NCBI RefSeq assembly: GCF_001194135.2
Contig: NC_068993.1
Coordinates: forward strand, 62,628,592 to 62,675,027
Direction of reading: 5' to 3'
Source of the DNA: Octopus bimaculoides
Lineage: Eukaryota
DNA length: 46,436 bases
A program made the position numbers and the translations under genes. The notes under the pieces were generated by a model. That model was not told where the DNA came from, did not search any database, and was given only the letters and a program-made list of their open reading frames with translations. Below are positions 1 to 13,547 of this stretch, in pieces. Numbering within the stretch: position 1 is the stretch's first letter; the number at the start of each line of letters is the position of its first letter.

Positions 1-3000
1 TATATATATAGTTTTCGATGTTGGAAATGTTATGAATAATTTTCTTTATGATCATTCTATTTAGCATTGTTGTGTATTTTAAAATAAAATGGATATGCTG
101 TAGCTTCATTTCGCCGTGAGAAACAATCGGAATCAATTTATTTATGTAGTATCGTTAAGCATTTATAAAAGAAAGAATATTTATTTTTCCTGTGTACCGG
201 GGATATTAGCTAATAATTATTTATAAGATACACATGTTCTAACAGAAATTGACTAATTTGCATGATACTATGCGTAGAAATAACATCGATGAATATATCG
301 ATAACATACTAGAAATGGTTTCGAATTATTTCAAATCCAGTAAGCCTCTTCAGAGAATGATTACATCCCCGTGGACAGAGAAAGGGATCCTTCTGATTAT
401 CTTATGGCCTTCATCAGTGGAAGAATACGTTACACCTGTCGATGATCAGAATTTCAAATAAAAGGTGCTCACTATGTATACACACTTGCGCATATTTTGT
501 ATACATTGTATCTTATATTTCAAATTGATTGATGCAGGCATGAGTGCAATTGAAGGACGTGAAGATGTACTAAGTTATTGCTTTGTTGTTTTACGTTTGT
601 TGCAGAAATGTCTTCCGGTTGTTGGTCGGAGGTATATATATCACAATGATTACAAATATGAATGGATATAATATACACAGATTACGAAAGTTACCTAATT
701 TTTCAATGAATATATTTTTGAAATTATTTTCGAGAGTCACCTTGCAAAACGTAGTTCTCTAAACAGTTTTAGAAACTAAAAAAGTTTCTTTGAAACTCCT
801 GGTGAATGAATGCCATATTATAGACGTTCTAACCATCCACTGAATTTATTCTCCAACGTTCTCAGATGGAACAGCTTCTAACATAAAGTATTTAACAAAA
901 GGTTTTGTAAAGGCCAGAATATATACCTAGTCATTTAACTTTAAAATGTTGTAATTGAAATGGGAATATTCTGTAATGTAATCCAATTTTTAGCTTCAAT
1001 GTTCGCACAAATAGACACACGGTGTTTATTATGTTAGTCTTACTTCATTTCGCGGAAGACTTTTGTATTGTAAAGACTATAATAAAAATTCTATTAAAGT
1101 TTGTTACTCTTGTGTCAAAACGTTCGGTATCTCTATATTCCAATGACGCAAACTTACTGCTAAACAGTGTTGAAACAATTCACAAATTCACTTGTAAGTG
1201 AATGAACTGTTATAAATGTTCGATTAGTGGAAACACCTTCAGTCGCTTAGTATGTACCAGCATAGAAATGGATGACAGATTTCAACCAAAAGCATATATC
1301 GAAGTAACAACAGCTAAATTTAAGATGATATATTATTTAAAAAGATATTCCTTACCAATCGAAAAAGAACAAATTTTGTACTGATGTTTTCAAATATGTT
1401 TCCAAAGTGAAGGAAATTTTTGCTGCTGTATATTCTTGCTGTTCAACCTGAATCTATTTTAAACTCGATTGTGAGCATCTAATAGTTTCTTTGTTCTGTC
1501 TTTTTATGTCTAGCTTACACGGATGCATACTGTATACAAGCGCACATGCACGCACACACACACACATCTAACTATTTATCTATCTGTCTATATATCTATC
1601 TATATATNNNNNNNNNNNNNNNNNNNNNNNNNNNNNNNNNNNNNNNNNNNNNNNNNNNNNNNNNNNNNNNNNNNNNNNNNNNNNNNNNNNNNNNNNNNNN
1701 NNNNNNNNNNNNNNNNNNNNNNNNNNNNNNNNNNNNNNNNNNNNNNNNNNNNNNNNNNNNNNNNNNNNNNNNNNNNNNNNNNNNNNNNNNNNNNNNNNNN
1801 NNNNNNNNNNNNNNNNNNNNNNNNNNNNNNNNNNNNNNNNNNNNNNNNNNNNNNNNTATATATATATAGAATCCAAGGTCATCTTTCCTGTGTTAGGCTC
1901 ATAAGACCGGTGTCCTAGATTCTGTGCTGTATATATTTCTCCACCCTGAACGGAACGCCAGTCTGTCACTGGATTCCTGATTTTGCTCAAAAACATGATG
2001 CATTGCCCGGTTCAGAAAACTCCATTGGCTATAAATGCGATGTTGCACTGTCAAAGAATTTTGTTTTACTTTAAACCTCAGAATATGTAAGTAGACCTAC
2101 ACCTTGATACCGTACTATGTCGCTACATTGTTCTGACAGAAGGGAGAGTCAAAAAATATTATGACTCAAAACAAAGCATCTGAATTATCAGACATGATTC
2201 TGTTTTTTTCACTCTTGTATAACTTTAAATTTACGTAATTCAGAGTCTGCCTATTGCACAACTAAATATAATCTCTATGAAGCGCTTCGAGTTCTTTGTT
2301 CATTATTTTATACACTAATCTTTATATATATTTAGACGGATGTTACAAGATAAATTAATAACAGTTCGGGTTTCGAAAACACTAATTACTCTATTGTTTT
2401 ATTATAGAATGAAAACCCGAGGAGTTGACTCTCTGATTCAAGATTTTGACAGGAAATGTGGTGACATCATCTTAGAATTAATTGAAATTAATATTATGGC
2501 TGTACAATATCTCCAAATAGATTTGCCGTCGTAAAAGAAAAAATGTAAATATTGCTAATGTTACTTTCCATTGTTTTCCCTTTGTTACTCTTACTCTATA
2601 CCAACATTTTTTTCTTTCGTTTCGTTACCTTTTAATAAGAATTTCTAAGCAGAACTTATTGAAATGAGATTTAACGTGTTTAGCGTTGTGTGCTTATCTA
2701 TATGTCTGTGTGTCTGTGTCAGCCTACCATTGGTGTATTACGAAATTTGCTTTAGGTATCGTGCGGCATACAGGTCTGTCTGCTGTATTTTTACTTTTCT
2801 TATTAAACGCGGTGCTGCAGAACAAATACAGACATGAGAAAATGATAAAAACACATACGCAAGCACACGTACACACATGTAGAAACAAGCCAACAAACAC
2901 ACATACACACAAACAAAGACACACACAGGTACGCGCGCGCACTCACGTACAGGTCACGAGAACTTCACAGTATATAACCGATATTTATTCTGTTTCTTTA

Positions 3001-4772
3001 CGAAATGTCTGACTGTAATTGCTTCCGTCTGAAGGCAAAGTCAATATTACATTTTGTATGTATATGTCTTACGTGTACGTCTTTGTGTGCGTGTATATAT
3101 ATATATATATATNNNNNNNNNNNNNNNNNNNNNNNNNNNNNNNNNNNNNNNNNNNNNNNNNNNNNNNNNNNNNNNNNNNNNNNNNNNNNNNNNNNNNNNN
3201 NNNNNNNNNNNNNNNNNNNNNNNNNNNNNNNNNNNNNNNNNNNNNNNNNNNNNNNNNNNNNNNNNNNNNNNNNNNNNNNNNNNNNNNNNNNNNNNNNNNN
3301 NNNNNNNNNNNNNNNNNNNNNNNNNNNNNNNNNNNNNNNNNNNNNNNNNNNNNNNNNNNNNNNNNNNNNNNNNNNNNNNNNNNNNNNNNNNNNNNNNNNN
3401 NNNNNNNNNNNNNNNNNNNNNNNNNNNNNNNNNNNNNNNNNNNNNNNNNNNNNNNNNNNNNNNNNNNNNNNNNNNNNNNNNNNNNNNNNNNNNNNNNNNN
3501 NNNNNNNNNNNNNNNNNNNNNNNNNNNNNNNNNNNNNNNNNNNNNNNNNNNNNNNNNNNNNNNNNNNNNNNNNNNNNNNNNNNNNNNNNNNNNNNNNNNN
3601 NNNNNNNNNNNNNNNNNNNNNNNNNNNNNNNNNNNNNNNNNNNNNNNNNNNNNNNNNNNNNNNNNNNNNNNNNNNNNNNNNNNNNNNNNNNNNNNNNNNN
3701 NNNNNNNNNNNNNNNNNNNNNNNNNNNNNNNNNNNNNNNNNNNNNNNNNNNNNNNNNNNNNNNNNNNNNNNNNNNNNNNNNNNNNNNNNNNNNNNNNNNN
3801 NNNNNNNNNNNNNNNNNNNNNNNNNNNNNNNNNNNNNNNNNNNNNNNNNNNNNNNNNNNNNNNNNNNNNNNNNNNNNNNNNNNNNNNNNNNNNNNNNNNN
3901 NNNNNNNNNNNNNNNNNNNNNNNNNNNNNNNNNNNNNNNNNNNNNNNNNNNNNNNNNNNNNNNNNNNNNNNNNNNNNNNNNNNNNNNNNNNNNNNNNNNN
4001 NNNNNNNNNNNNNNNNNNNNNNNNNNNNNTGTGTGTGTCTATATATATATATATCATTGTCATCTAACCATACATCTATGTATACATAGCACCGAAACGG
4101 ATCGGCACGAAGATAATATTAAAATACATCAAAGTAAACATACAACTGCTATATTTTTCTCAGAACATTGACCTTCGACCATGCCTGAAGGAGAGATCAT
4201 ATTGAATATATGCAGAGATGCGTGTATGTGTGTGGTGGGTGGGGGGGTGCGTGTGTACGTGCGATAAATGAGGCGCTGGATCAGGAGAGATTGCAGAGAT
4301 AAGAGTAGATTGGAGAATAAAAATATCGGTCCAAAACTGGTAGACTGATGGAGAAGGAACGGTTCCAATAAAGTTACAGGCTGTAAAGATCTAACTAAAT
4401 TAAATGAAGATAATTACCATGAAGTATATTTTCTACTTAAATGCGCTGGAGCCCATAGGGGACAATGTTATTGTTGTTTATAGCCCCAGAAGGACATCTC
4501 CTCCGGCCGGCTAACGACACACTGTCTGTGTCTGATTAGTATTTGCGAAAGGAAATCATCGTTCCCATCTCTAGCCTTACGTGATACACACAGACCCGAG
4601 TTATATCACCTGATTCGTCCACGTTACCCTATAAGGAGAATAGGGTCGGTTTCCTGACTTCTATACCATATATATATTCTTCTGTGGACGGGACGCGAAA
4701 TATTTTTCCCACCAGAGTTCCGGATCCCGGTAATGAACTCATCTATTAAACTAATTTATGAGCGCACAAGAG

Positions 4773-4793
4773 ATGGGCGATAAGGTCACTTGG
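4773..4793 (+). CDS. Weak candidate plus-strand first coding exon MGDKVTW (phase 0)
   Basis: gagATGG start context, 7 codons, donor TGG|GTAAGG, in a locally CpG-richer region about 100 nt downstream of a TA-rich tract. No partner exon found. Confidence 0.25.
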
Positions 4794-6367
4794 GTAAGGA
4801 ATGACCATGCTTCTTTTCTCTTTTAATAGTGCTTGTTGTTCTTGTTCTTGTCTCAACCATGGCTGCCTCTGCGGAATTATTTGTGTTGTTTACTTTCTAA
4901 AACACTAAGGCGGGGGGGGGGGCAAGCACATCACCCTCTACCCACATTATTCCCATCCATATGGGAATAATGTCTATGTTGAATTCCTACCGTTGTGTTC
5001 TCTGCGTGTACATTGAGTGGAGTTAGACAAGGTTAATCCGAACGGGAACACAGACATGAAACTTCTACGTGATCGCTTGATCCTCTTTCATTTGCAAACA
5101 TATTTTCACTAGATCACTTAGGCCCCATTTAAAAACGGAAACCCATATTAGAATGAACTTATAGCCTAATTCTTTGTTTTTATACAATGCACATATTAAA
5201 AGTCTGTGGCAAATCCTATCTTTCTCTGTCTGTCTATCTCTCTCTCTTTCTCTCTACCATTTATTAGAATTAGAAATCATAATTTTATTCAACCATTCAG
5301 TACTGAAAGCCGTCGCACAATGTATTCAATTACTGTATATGTATTGTTAAGTTAGATTTATATGTAAGCAAAGCCACAGAAAGAGAAGAAACGAACACAC
5401 AAAAGTTTATAAATGTATAAGGAGATGCATCAACGGTCTTTTATTGTTTCTCTTCTTGAATTGTTGATAAATGGTTTATTCGTGATTCAAGAAATCTAAT
5501 TATATCTGCCACAAATATTTTATCAGAGGCCGACAAAATAAGTACATAATCAGAATGAACCCAACCGTCTACTGTCACGCATCTTCAAACATTTGTAATT
5601 AGTGTTGAACCTACGACTGTTGGTTTTGTGCATCCGAACACTTGGTCTTTAAATTTGCTTCAGCCACGTTCTTGACAAAAGAAAACGTATGTCAATTCAC
5701 TTTAGACTTGCCATTCATCTCGTTTTTATTTTCTCTGCTCGTCTAGATTGCATTTAGACCGTAATTAATACGTAACATTAAAATAAAATGGCTGATAAAT
5801 AAAGACAACATGGCGGTTCATTTCAAACAACTTACATCAATCAAAGCTATCAAAATGTTTAAGATTTGGCTTTTTTGTTATTCGTTTTATCTTTTGAAAT
5901 AAATGTTTAAGCAATTTTCACAATTTTTCGTTTTGTTTGTTTTGTTTGTAATTTAGAATATTTTGCTTCGTTTCTGCTTCAAAGACGTGTGAAATATCGG
6001 TTTCTTAGCATGGTCATTCATAAATCATCGGAACATATGTGGTAAACATTACGCCATCGGTTGCTTATTATCACTAACGTATTTACGGCTCTTATCTGTT
6101 TTAAAAAAAGATCAGGTTTCCTATTTAAGACTTACTTAGTTTATTTACTACGCCTCTTTTATTATTTTTCTCTTGTTCTATTTTCATGTTTTTTCACAAA
6201 GTTTTTTTCAGAATTTTTGCTTTATCTTAATAGAACATACTGGTAACATACTGTTTTCTACTCTAGCACCAAGAGTGTTTAGGTATGTATACATCATACA
6301 TATATACATGCTAATACATACATATATGCATATGTGTGATTGCGCGCGTGCGTGTGTATGTATATAC

Positions 6368-6408
<41 letters not shown>

Positions 6409-6461
6409 CACACCCACACACATATATATACACATAGATAGATAGATATACTATGTGTTCG

Positions 6462-6523
<62 letters not shown>

Positions 6524-6564
6524 TATGTGTGTGTGTGTGTGTGTGTGTGTACCTATTTGTGTAA

Positions 6565-7100
6565 GCCAGGTGTGCCATTCCCTAGACCCCTGGCTTGCCA
6601 AAACTCCAGGTCCCTCTCAGCTAGGCTTTTGCTTCCAGTTCGTTATTTAATACCGTCAGTTCCAAACGTCCTTCAAGACCTTTTATTTCCCTTCAACATT
6701 TACTGCCAAGATAGTCTTGCGCTATGGCTCGTAACTTATTCTATGGCCAATATACGACAGCTCTGTGGACTTGATTCTTGACAACTAATGACTTTCGGCT
6801 TTTCTAATACTGCAGCATTTGTTAACTTGTCTTTAGAGTGGAACCTGTTCAATCTGTGAAAGACACACGTCTCAAAGGCTTCTATCTTTTCCTCTATATC
6901 TTTGTGCATTTATGATTCCTGTTATTTGTATGATTCAGGAGATGCAGAGATGTTCATGGCTCATACTTTGACTAATCAAAACATTTCTAATATTAATTTT
7001 TCCAGAATAAAATTATTTTTCTGAAATCGGCCATTATTTTCAGAACAACCCAATACTTCACCTATCAGAGTCTCGTTCCTAGAGGTGCTGACTTTACTTT
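6565..7100 (-). mobile_element. RTE-clade LINE 3' end (reverse transcriptase thumb and C-terminus), decayed
   Basis: Minus-strand frames read KDIEEKIEAFETCVFHRL..KDKLTNAAVLEK and ELSYIGH..KTILAVNVEGK, resembling the RTE consensus IEAFEMWCYRRML..WxDKVTNEEVL and LxYFGH..ILEGKVEGKR. Confidence 0.75.
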
Positions 7101-7536
7101 TCATCGCTTCCAAAGATGATGAAAATGAAGAAATTATCAACATTGTTCTTTCCTTGATCTTTGTGTTTTTTTTCTTTTCCTTTTTACTTATCTTGTACGT
7201 ATTCTTTTTTCTTTACAATGCCTCGTCATTAAATAACCTTTAAACGCATACTGGCTATTCTATAATGCGGAGAATTCACATGAAACATACTAATGTCGTA
7301 TATATCTCTCTGATAACATAATTAAGAGAGAATTGCTGTGTGCAGTTGATATATTTATTACTGCTGTGTAACGAAATAGTTTTTAAAGAGTTGCTAAATC
7401 ATTTATTCCAGGTGTAAAGAAATACATTCCTACCAGAATGTAGTTAATTTGCCTACAGTGGGAAGGTAAACCGAAATCATTAAGAAGTGTTGTTGTTGTT
7501 GTTATATTGTTCTTATCGTTTAGTTAAAAACAATCT

Positions 7537-7756
7537 AAGGTGGCGAACTGGCAGAGTCGTTAGCATGCCGGAAAAACTACTTAGCGGCATTTCATCCGTC
7601 TTTACGTTCTGAGTTCAAATGCCACCGAGGTTGTCCTTGCTTTTCGTTCTTCCGGGGTCGATAAAACAAATGCCAGTTGAGCACTTCGGGTCGATGTAAT
7701 TGACTATCCCCCTCCCCCAACACTGCTGGCCTTGTGCCAATGCTAGATGGGAATAA
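7537..7756 (+). mobile_element. SINE family A copy
   Basis: Head aaggtggcgaactggcag, box gagttcaaatgcc and body ggggtcgataaa..ccagttg are shared with the other copies. Confidence 0.85.
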
Positions 7757-7960
7757 GTCAAAAGTCTATCTCAGTTGAGCAGATATGATAAAATGTGTTC
7801 CAGTTTTCATCTTACGGTCGTATTAGGATTATCCAGGATTATCCAGGATTACGCTTTTCAACGTGTTTTTTGTAAAACTTTTTTAAAACTTGAAATTTGG
7901 TTGTTATTTCTAGCACACACACACACACACACACATACGCGCATGTGTGTGTTTACGACA

Positions 7961-8114
7961 AGCTTCTTTCAGTTTCCGTCTACCAAATCCACTCAGAAGT
8001 CTTAAGTCAGCCAGCAAATATAGTAGAAGACTTTTGTCCAATGTGGCACGCAGTGAGATTGAACCCGGAACCATGTGGTTGGGGAACAAGCTTCTTGACA
8101 TGCAACCACGCTTG
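7961..8114 (-). mobile_element. SINE family B, 5' half
   Basis: gtggcacgcagtgagattgaacccggaaccatgtggttggggaacaagcttc matches 13450-13547 and is adjacent to (CA)n. Confidence 0.85.
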
Positions 8115-8816
8115 TACCTATATATACATATATTCCACGCGTTTGTGAATGACGTAAGATATTATCAATTTAAATTTTCAATCTTTGATAGACAACACAT
8201 GCTTAAAATTGATGTAATCCACCGTTATTCATTTATATTAAGCACGAACAACCTCCATCAAATCAAAGAACAAGTTTCTCGGCCACGAAACGCAATCTGC
8301 TTTACATTACGTCTTCTAAAACTAAGTTTAACTTAAAAGCAACAAGAATATTCTGCATACGTGCGCGATTGATGTTTGTCAAAACGTTTCAACGAAGGAA
8401 TATAATTTCTGACGTTTTGAATCAAAATATTAACTAACTTGACAAATGATGATTGCCAGATGTTGTGCTGTGGTGAAAGAATGGTTAGCTCTACAGGAAA
8501 CGGTAAATATTTCTAGCTCGCTATTGCCTGTTGCATCATTACTCAAAGCATAATATCAAGCTTATTGTATGGCTTACCTATTTCAGGTAGTGGAAATTAC
8601 TTACAAGGAGAGGAAATTACTAAACTGGGTTCCCTTGAAGTGAATTGGGTTACAAATGATAAATTCATAGAAAGGTTTGTCGAAATTGATGTAAGAGCCA
8701 GATGTACTTTACAGGGAGTAAAAATTTACGTGCTGATAAAAATACAGAAATGACAATTTGTAGAATGCGAGACGTTTCTGACAAGTTTGCGAATTTCTAT
8801 GCACTTTGGTATTTAC

Positions 8817-8891
8817 CACATTAAAGACCCCACACGTAATGTCTTCGTCCATTCTGCATTGATATTCTCTTCTAAACTTCATTGTCTTCAT
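8817..8891 (-). CDS. Weak candidate first coding exon MKTMKFRREYQCRMDEDITCGVFNV (phase 0)
   Basis: aaaacATG after an in-frame stop, 25 codons, donor GTG|GTAAAT (non-optimal). Could be chance. Confidence 0.25.
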
Positions 8892-9255
8892 GTTTTCAGC
8901 TGCTCTTTGCTATTACAATCCTTGTTCCTTTTACATATTAACATTGCCGAAACGATGATCAACAGACTGACTGTTTGACTTATGTTTTTCTCGCTATCTG
9001 GTCATTAATTGGACGGAGATGTGGATGTATGTTTAAGCAACTGTTAACCAAACATTTCGCATTCACGCAACTTCAGGTTCAATCTCTCTTTGCAGCATTC
9101 AGCGCATGTCTTCTAACTTAAACTCAAGACTATCAAAGTCTTACGAGTGAAATTGGGTAAACGAAGTCTATTGGGCTCTGTACCTGTACTTATCGCTCGG
9201 TTTAATAACCCTACCAGTCCCTTAAATACTTTTAGGAGACCCTACCCTGTTGAAT

Positions 9256-9610
9256 TAACAACATTCACGTGCACACAGATTTTGCCGAAAGAAGATATTT
9301 AAAAGATACTGCGATACTGATTTTGTAGTTAATAGGAATGGAAGACCTGTGAAAAGGCGCAGACGTAGACGTGTGACGATAAATTTTATATATATATATA
9401 TATATATATCACGACTCTGCGACTCTGACTCAAGGTGTCTCGCTGTGGGACTAAACCCAGGACCACATGGTTGGGAAGCAAATTTATCGTCACACGTCTA
9501 CGCCTGCGCCTTTTCAAACGTCTTCCATTGCTATTAACGACAATCTGAGCATCGCAGTATTTTTTCAATATTTTCTTTCGGCAAAATCTGTGTGCACGTG
9601 AATGTCGTTA
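9256..9610. repeat. Inverted duplication with 131-bp arms and a 93-bp spacer
   Basis: 9256-9386 matches the reverse complement of 9480-9610 at roughly 89 percent by eye. The arms include the head of a family B SINE plus unique flank; the spacer holds (TA)n and the rest of the SINE fragment. Confidence 0.9.
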
Positions 9611-10007
9611 GTATTGCTAAAAGGTCACCAGAATTATTCACTCTAGAGTCACTGCCACGCGTAATATAGTTATGATTTTTTTTCCTTCCAGAACGTCTAT
9701 GTCGTGATGTAGAATATTCTTGTTCATCATTTGTTGTTTGTTTTGCGTACTCGTGCTCATTATAAATTTTTTTTTTCTCTCATAAGCAACTGATAGATGC
9801 ATGTAAACATATAAGAGATATAAATGAATTTTGTATTATTTTTGGGGCGGGGGGGGCCGTTTCTGAACACTGAGCTAACATCTAAATCCTGCAAAGATTC
9901 CCTGCCTGAGAATATATTTAAAAAGAAATTATCATTCCATGTAGTTCTGGTAAAATCCCATGCTTTGAAGAGCGATTTGAAAACAGATCTGAACAGGACA
10001 ACGATCA

Positions 10008-10008
<1 letters not shown>

Positions 10009-10102
<94 letters not shown>

Positions 10103-10120
10103 AAGAAGAAGAAGAAGAAG
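10009..10120. repeat. Compound microsatellite (AAT)n(AAG)n
   Basis: Directly visible. Confidence 0.98.
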
Positions 10121-10570
10121 ATGGGCTACAGCAAAATTCTACTCAATACCACAGATTCGCTTGTCAGTTGTTTGACCTTAACCAGTTGAGCATGTCCCTT
10201 GGTGGCTGACGATATGTGCATCTCTGATCATGAGCAGAAGTAGTGGGGGAGCATCATAGCCATGTGTTGAGAGGAATTCTTTGGGGTTTGAATAATTCAC
10301 CTTTGGAAACATGGGTGTTTTGCTCAACATCCTTAAACAAACCTTATTCAGGGACCTTTTGAGCAGGATGGGCTACCCGACCTGAAGAAAACTATAACTG
10401 GGCCCCACCTGCGAGGTCGTGCGCTGTTTATCTTGATATGAGATCACCATGCCGCGCACACATGGCTGCGATGCATGTGCCTGGTGCACCCGTATCAGAC
10501 GGGTAGTCATGATGGATATACTGGGTTTCGTATAGTTTACCCCAATGTCATTTTGATGGCATGCACTGCT
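10121..10570. mobile_element. About 450-bp non-coding interspersed-repeat-like insert inside an (AAT)n array
   Basis: A GC-richer block sharply bounded by (AAT)n(AAG)n on the left and (AAT)n on the right. It resembles a recalled abundant octopus repeat; class not determined. Confidence 0.5.
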
Positions 10571-10591
10571 CTCTCCCTCAATAATAATAAC

Positions 10592-10652
<61 letters not shown>

Positions 10653-10739
10653 TGGAGCTGGTGATAACTCGTCATATTTCAACAAATAGAAACAATTGGT
10701 TTCGAAGTGGTGTTAAGGTATTTCTTCTTTCACACACAC

Positions 10740-10781
<42 letters not shown>

Positions 10782-10915
10782 GTATGCAAGTATATATGTG
10801 TGCGTTTATTTATAGTTAGGTAGATAAATGTACATACATACATAGAAATATTATATGTATATATATGTATATGTGTATACATAAATATATACATGCAGAT
10901 TCACATATTCACAAT

Positions 10916-11010
<95 letters not shown>
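10916..11010. repeat. (CA)n microsatellite
   Basis: Directly visible perfect run. Confidence 0.98.
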
Positions 11011-11012
<2 letters not shown>

Positions 11013-11332
11013 GTGCAGACATATAAAGCTTGGTTTCTGATATTCCGTTCTATCACTTTTCACCGGATGTTTGCTTTGCCGTATTTCCTTTCCATTCAAC
11101 TCGCAATTGCCTTTCAGTGCGATACCATTAAAGAATACGAGACACCTTCATTGCGTAGTTTTATTGTTTGACTTGGCTTTTCTCCGTATTTTGTTGTTCG
11201 AGTATTTTCATTGCTAGTTTCTTAAGCAAATCACGTTTGAATCAGAGTAACTTGTAGTAAATGTGCGAACGTTGTGGAGTGTGTGTGCGTGTGTGTGTGA
11301 GTAGGTTAGCGTCTGTATTTGATGGTGTGCGC

Positions 11333-11456
11333 GTGACTTTGCCTTTCATCCTTTCGGGGTCGATGAATTAAGTACCAGTTGCGTACTGGGGTCGATTTCA
11401 TCGACAGGCCCCACCTCCTCCAAAATTTCGGGCCTTGTGCCTAGAGTAGAAAAGAT
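11333..11456 (+). mobile_element. SINE family A, 5'-truncated
   Basis: gactttgcctttcatcctttcggggtcgat..taccagttg..gggccttgtgcctagagtagaaaag matches 22263-22478. Confidence 0.85.
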
Positions 11457-12843
11457 TGGATGGTGTGTGCGTGTTTTTTTTACGTGGATGTGTTTTTTAG
11501 TTGCAACGATGGTGAGACGTTCGATTCACATGCACGCAGTTTCGAATTTGATGCAACTGGATCGGGATAGCATAGGTTCAATCCCACTNNNNNNNNNNNN
11601 NNNNNNNNNNNNNNNNNNNNNNNNNNNNNNNNNNNNNNNNNNNNNNNNNNNNNNNNNNNNNNNNNNNNNNNNNNNNNNNNNNNNNNNNNNNNNNNNNNNN
11701 NNNNNNNNNNNNNNNNNNNNNNNNNNNNNNNNNNNNNNNNNNNNNNNNNNNNNNNNNNNNNNNNNNNNNNNNNNNNTATTAATCAATGAATACAGTATAA
11801 TAGGCTAAAGCAGCCGATTTTATAAATTGGTTTCGCACCCGATCTTAGACAATAGGGTGGCTATCTAACACACGTGCTCTTCAGGGATAACAGGCTGTTT
11901 TGAAGCACTATAAAAAAAAGACAACCATGTCGCAGGAGACAAATACTCGAAGGATTTACCAAGAGTTATGTTCAGCTTTGCAATTATGAAGAGTCCACTA
12001 TTTCGACTTGCCTCATAAATTTATTCCAGCAAGAAGCATTTTAAATACAAAAACCTTACGAATTACTGAACACAAAACCAAACATTTTTACCGGCATAAA
12101 TCCTCAACATAGCCGGGTTCAATATTTTTGTTGCTGTCGTTGTTATTGTATTAAAATAATTACTTTACAAATTGTTGTAAGCAACATCCGATGATGACTT
12201 CTCTTTTGATTCTAGATAAGGAAATGTTCAAAAGAGAATTAGAGAGTTTCGGTTCATATTAACTTAACTTCTTTTGAAGCTTTTTAATTAATCATCAGAC
12301 TTGAAGCTTCAATTACATCTTGTTGGATTTAGACAAAGGGGTGAAGGAAACATCCAATTAATCTTCCACGCTTCGCTTCCTTTCTCTGTAATTCCAAATC
12401 AAGAAGAATGGTTCCAAGGATCATGGTTTGTCTTGTGTGAACAATATTCTTTCTTACACATTCCATCTTTTTTGTTTGTTTGTTCTTTTTTAATTTATTA
12501 AAATTAATATTAACGTTATCTTTTCTTTCGGTATTGGTCCACATGTTTTAAGTTTTGTTCCTGTTGTTATTGAGGTTAATTCTTTTCTTTTCTTTCTTTG
12601 TTATCTTAAATTGTAAATTAATGAGAAGGAGTTAACCGTCCTATTATAACGAATAATTCAACAAATGAGGTGAATATTTGTTGAATTCTTATCGATTTAT
12701 GATAACGAAAATAATAATAATTAGTATTATTATTTATGTTTTATTTTATATCAGGTTTTGATTTAACTCCTGGAGTATTGCATGCATAGCCGGCTTGCTA
12801 CCTGCTGCCTACGGTACCATGTTCTCTGTTCTTTTCAACTATC

Positions 12844-12909
<66 letters not shown>

Positions 12910-13230
12910 CATTATTATTCTCCTCATCACCATAATCATAATCATCATGATCATTTAATATAAATATTATCAGCGTGTTTTTTTNNNNNNNNNNNNNNNN
13001 NNNNNNNNNNNNNNNNNNNNNNNNNNNNNNNNNNNNNNNNNNNNNNNNNNNNNNNNNNNNNNNNNNNNNNNNNNNNNNNNNNNNNNNNNAGCTGAGTGTT
13101 CTGCACTCGTTGAGATTTCTAGCAAAGGAACAAAGCCAGGCGTTCGGGAAAGTATGTACTTGTATCATTTGAAAAGTCAGCAGTATCTCATTGATGCTTT
13201 CTTTAAGTGATTCGAAAAACCAAACGTGAC

Positions 13231-13269
<39 letters not shown>

Positions 13270-13270
<1 letters not shown>

Positions 13271-13547
13271 TTTTTTCGGTCATTTGACTGCGGCCATGCT
13301 GGAGCACCGCCTTTAGTCGAACAAATCGACCCCAGGCAGAACTTATTCTTTGTAGGCGAACCGCTAGGTTACGGGTACACAAACACACCAACATACGGGA
13401 ACAAACACAGACACACAAATACATCGAATACATACATACATACATATATATAGTAGGAGACACTTGCCGAAAATGCCACACAGTGGGACTGAACCCGGAA
13501 CAATGTAGCTGGGAAGCAAGCTTCTAACCATACAGCCACTCCTGCGT
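13270..13547 (-). mobile_element. tRNA-derived SINE family B with internal (TATG)/(TG) simple repeat
   Basis: The head (reverse complement gcaggagtggctgtatggttagaagcttg..gttccgggttcagtccca) and 3' part (ggggtcgatttgttcgactaaaggcggtgctccagcatggccgcagtcaaatgac) are separated by a microsatellite. Confidence 0.85.

Noticed and set aside
395-425. CUGAUGAAGGCC on the minus strand
   Set aside because: No closing stem II or GAAA follows.
1523-4171. Long ORFs spanning N runs (also 29371-30389, 40442-41375 and 44718-45771)
   Set aside because: Artefacts of gaps and (TA)/(TG) repeats.
8585-8690. Plus-strand candidate exon GSGNYLQGEEITKLGSLEVNW..
   Set aside because: Weak acceptor context, no recognisable product, and no phase-compatible partner exon.
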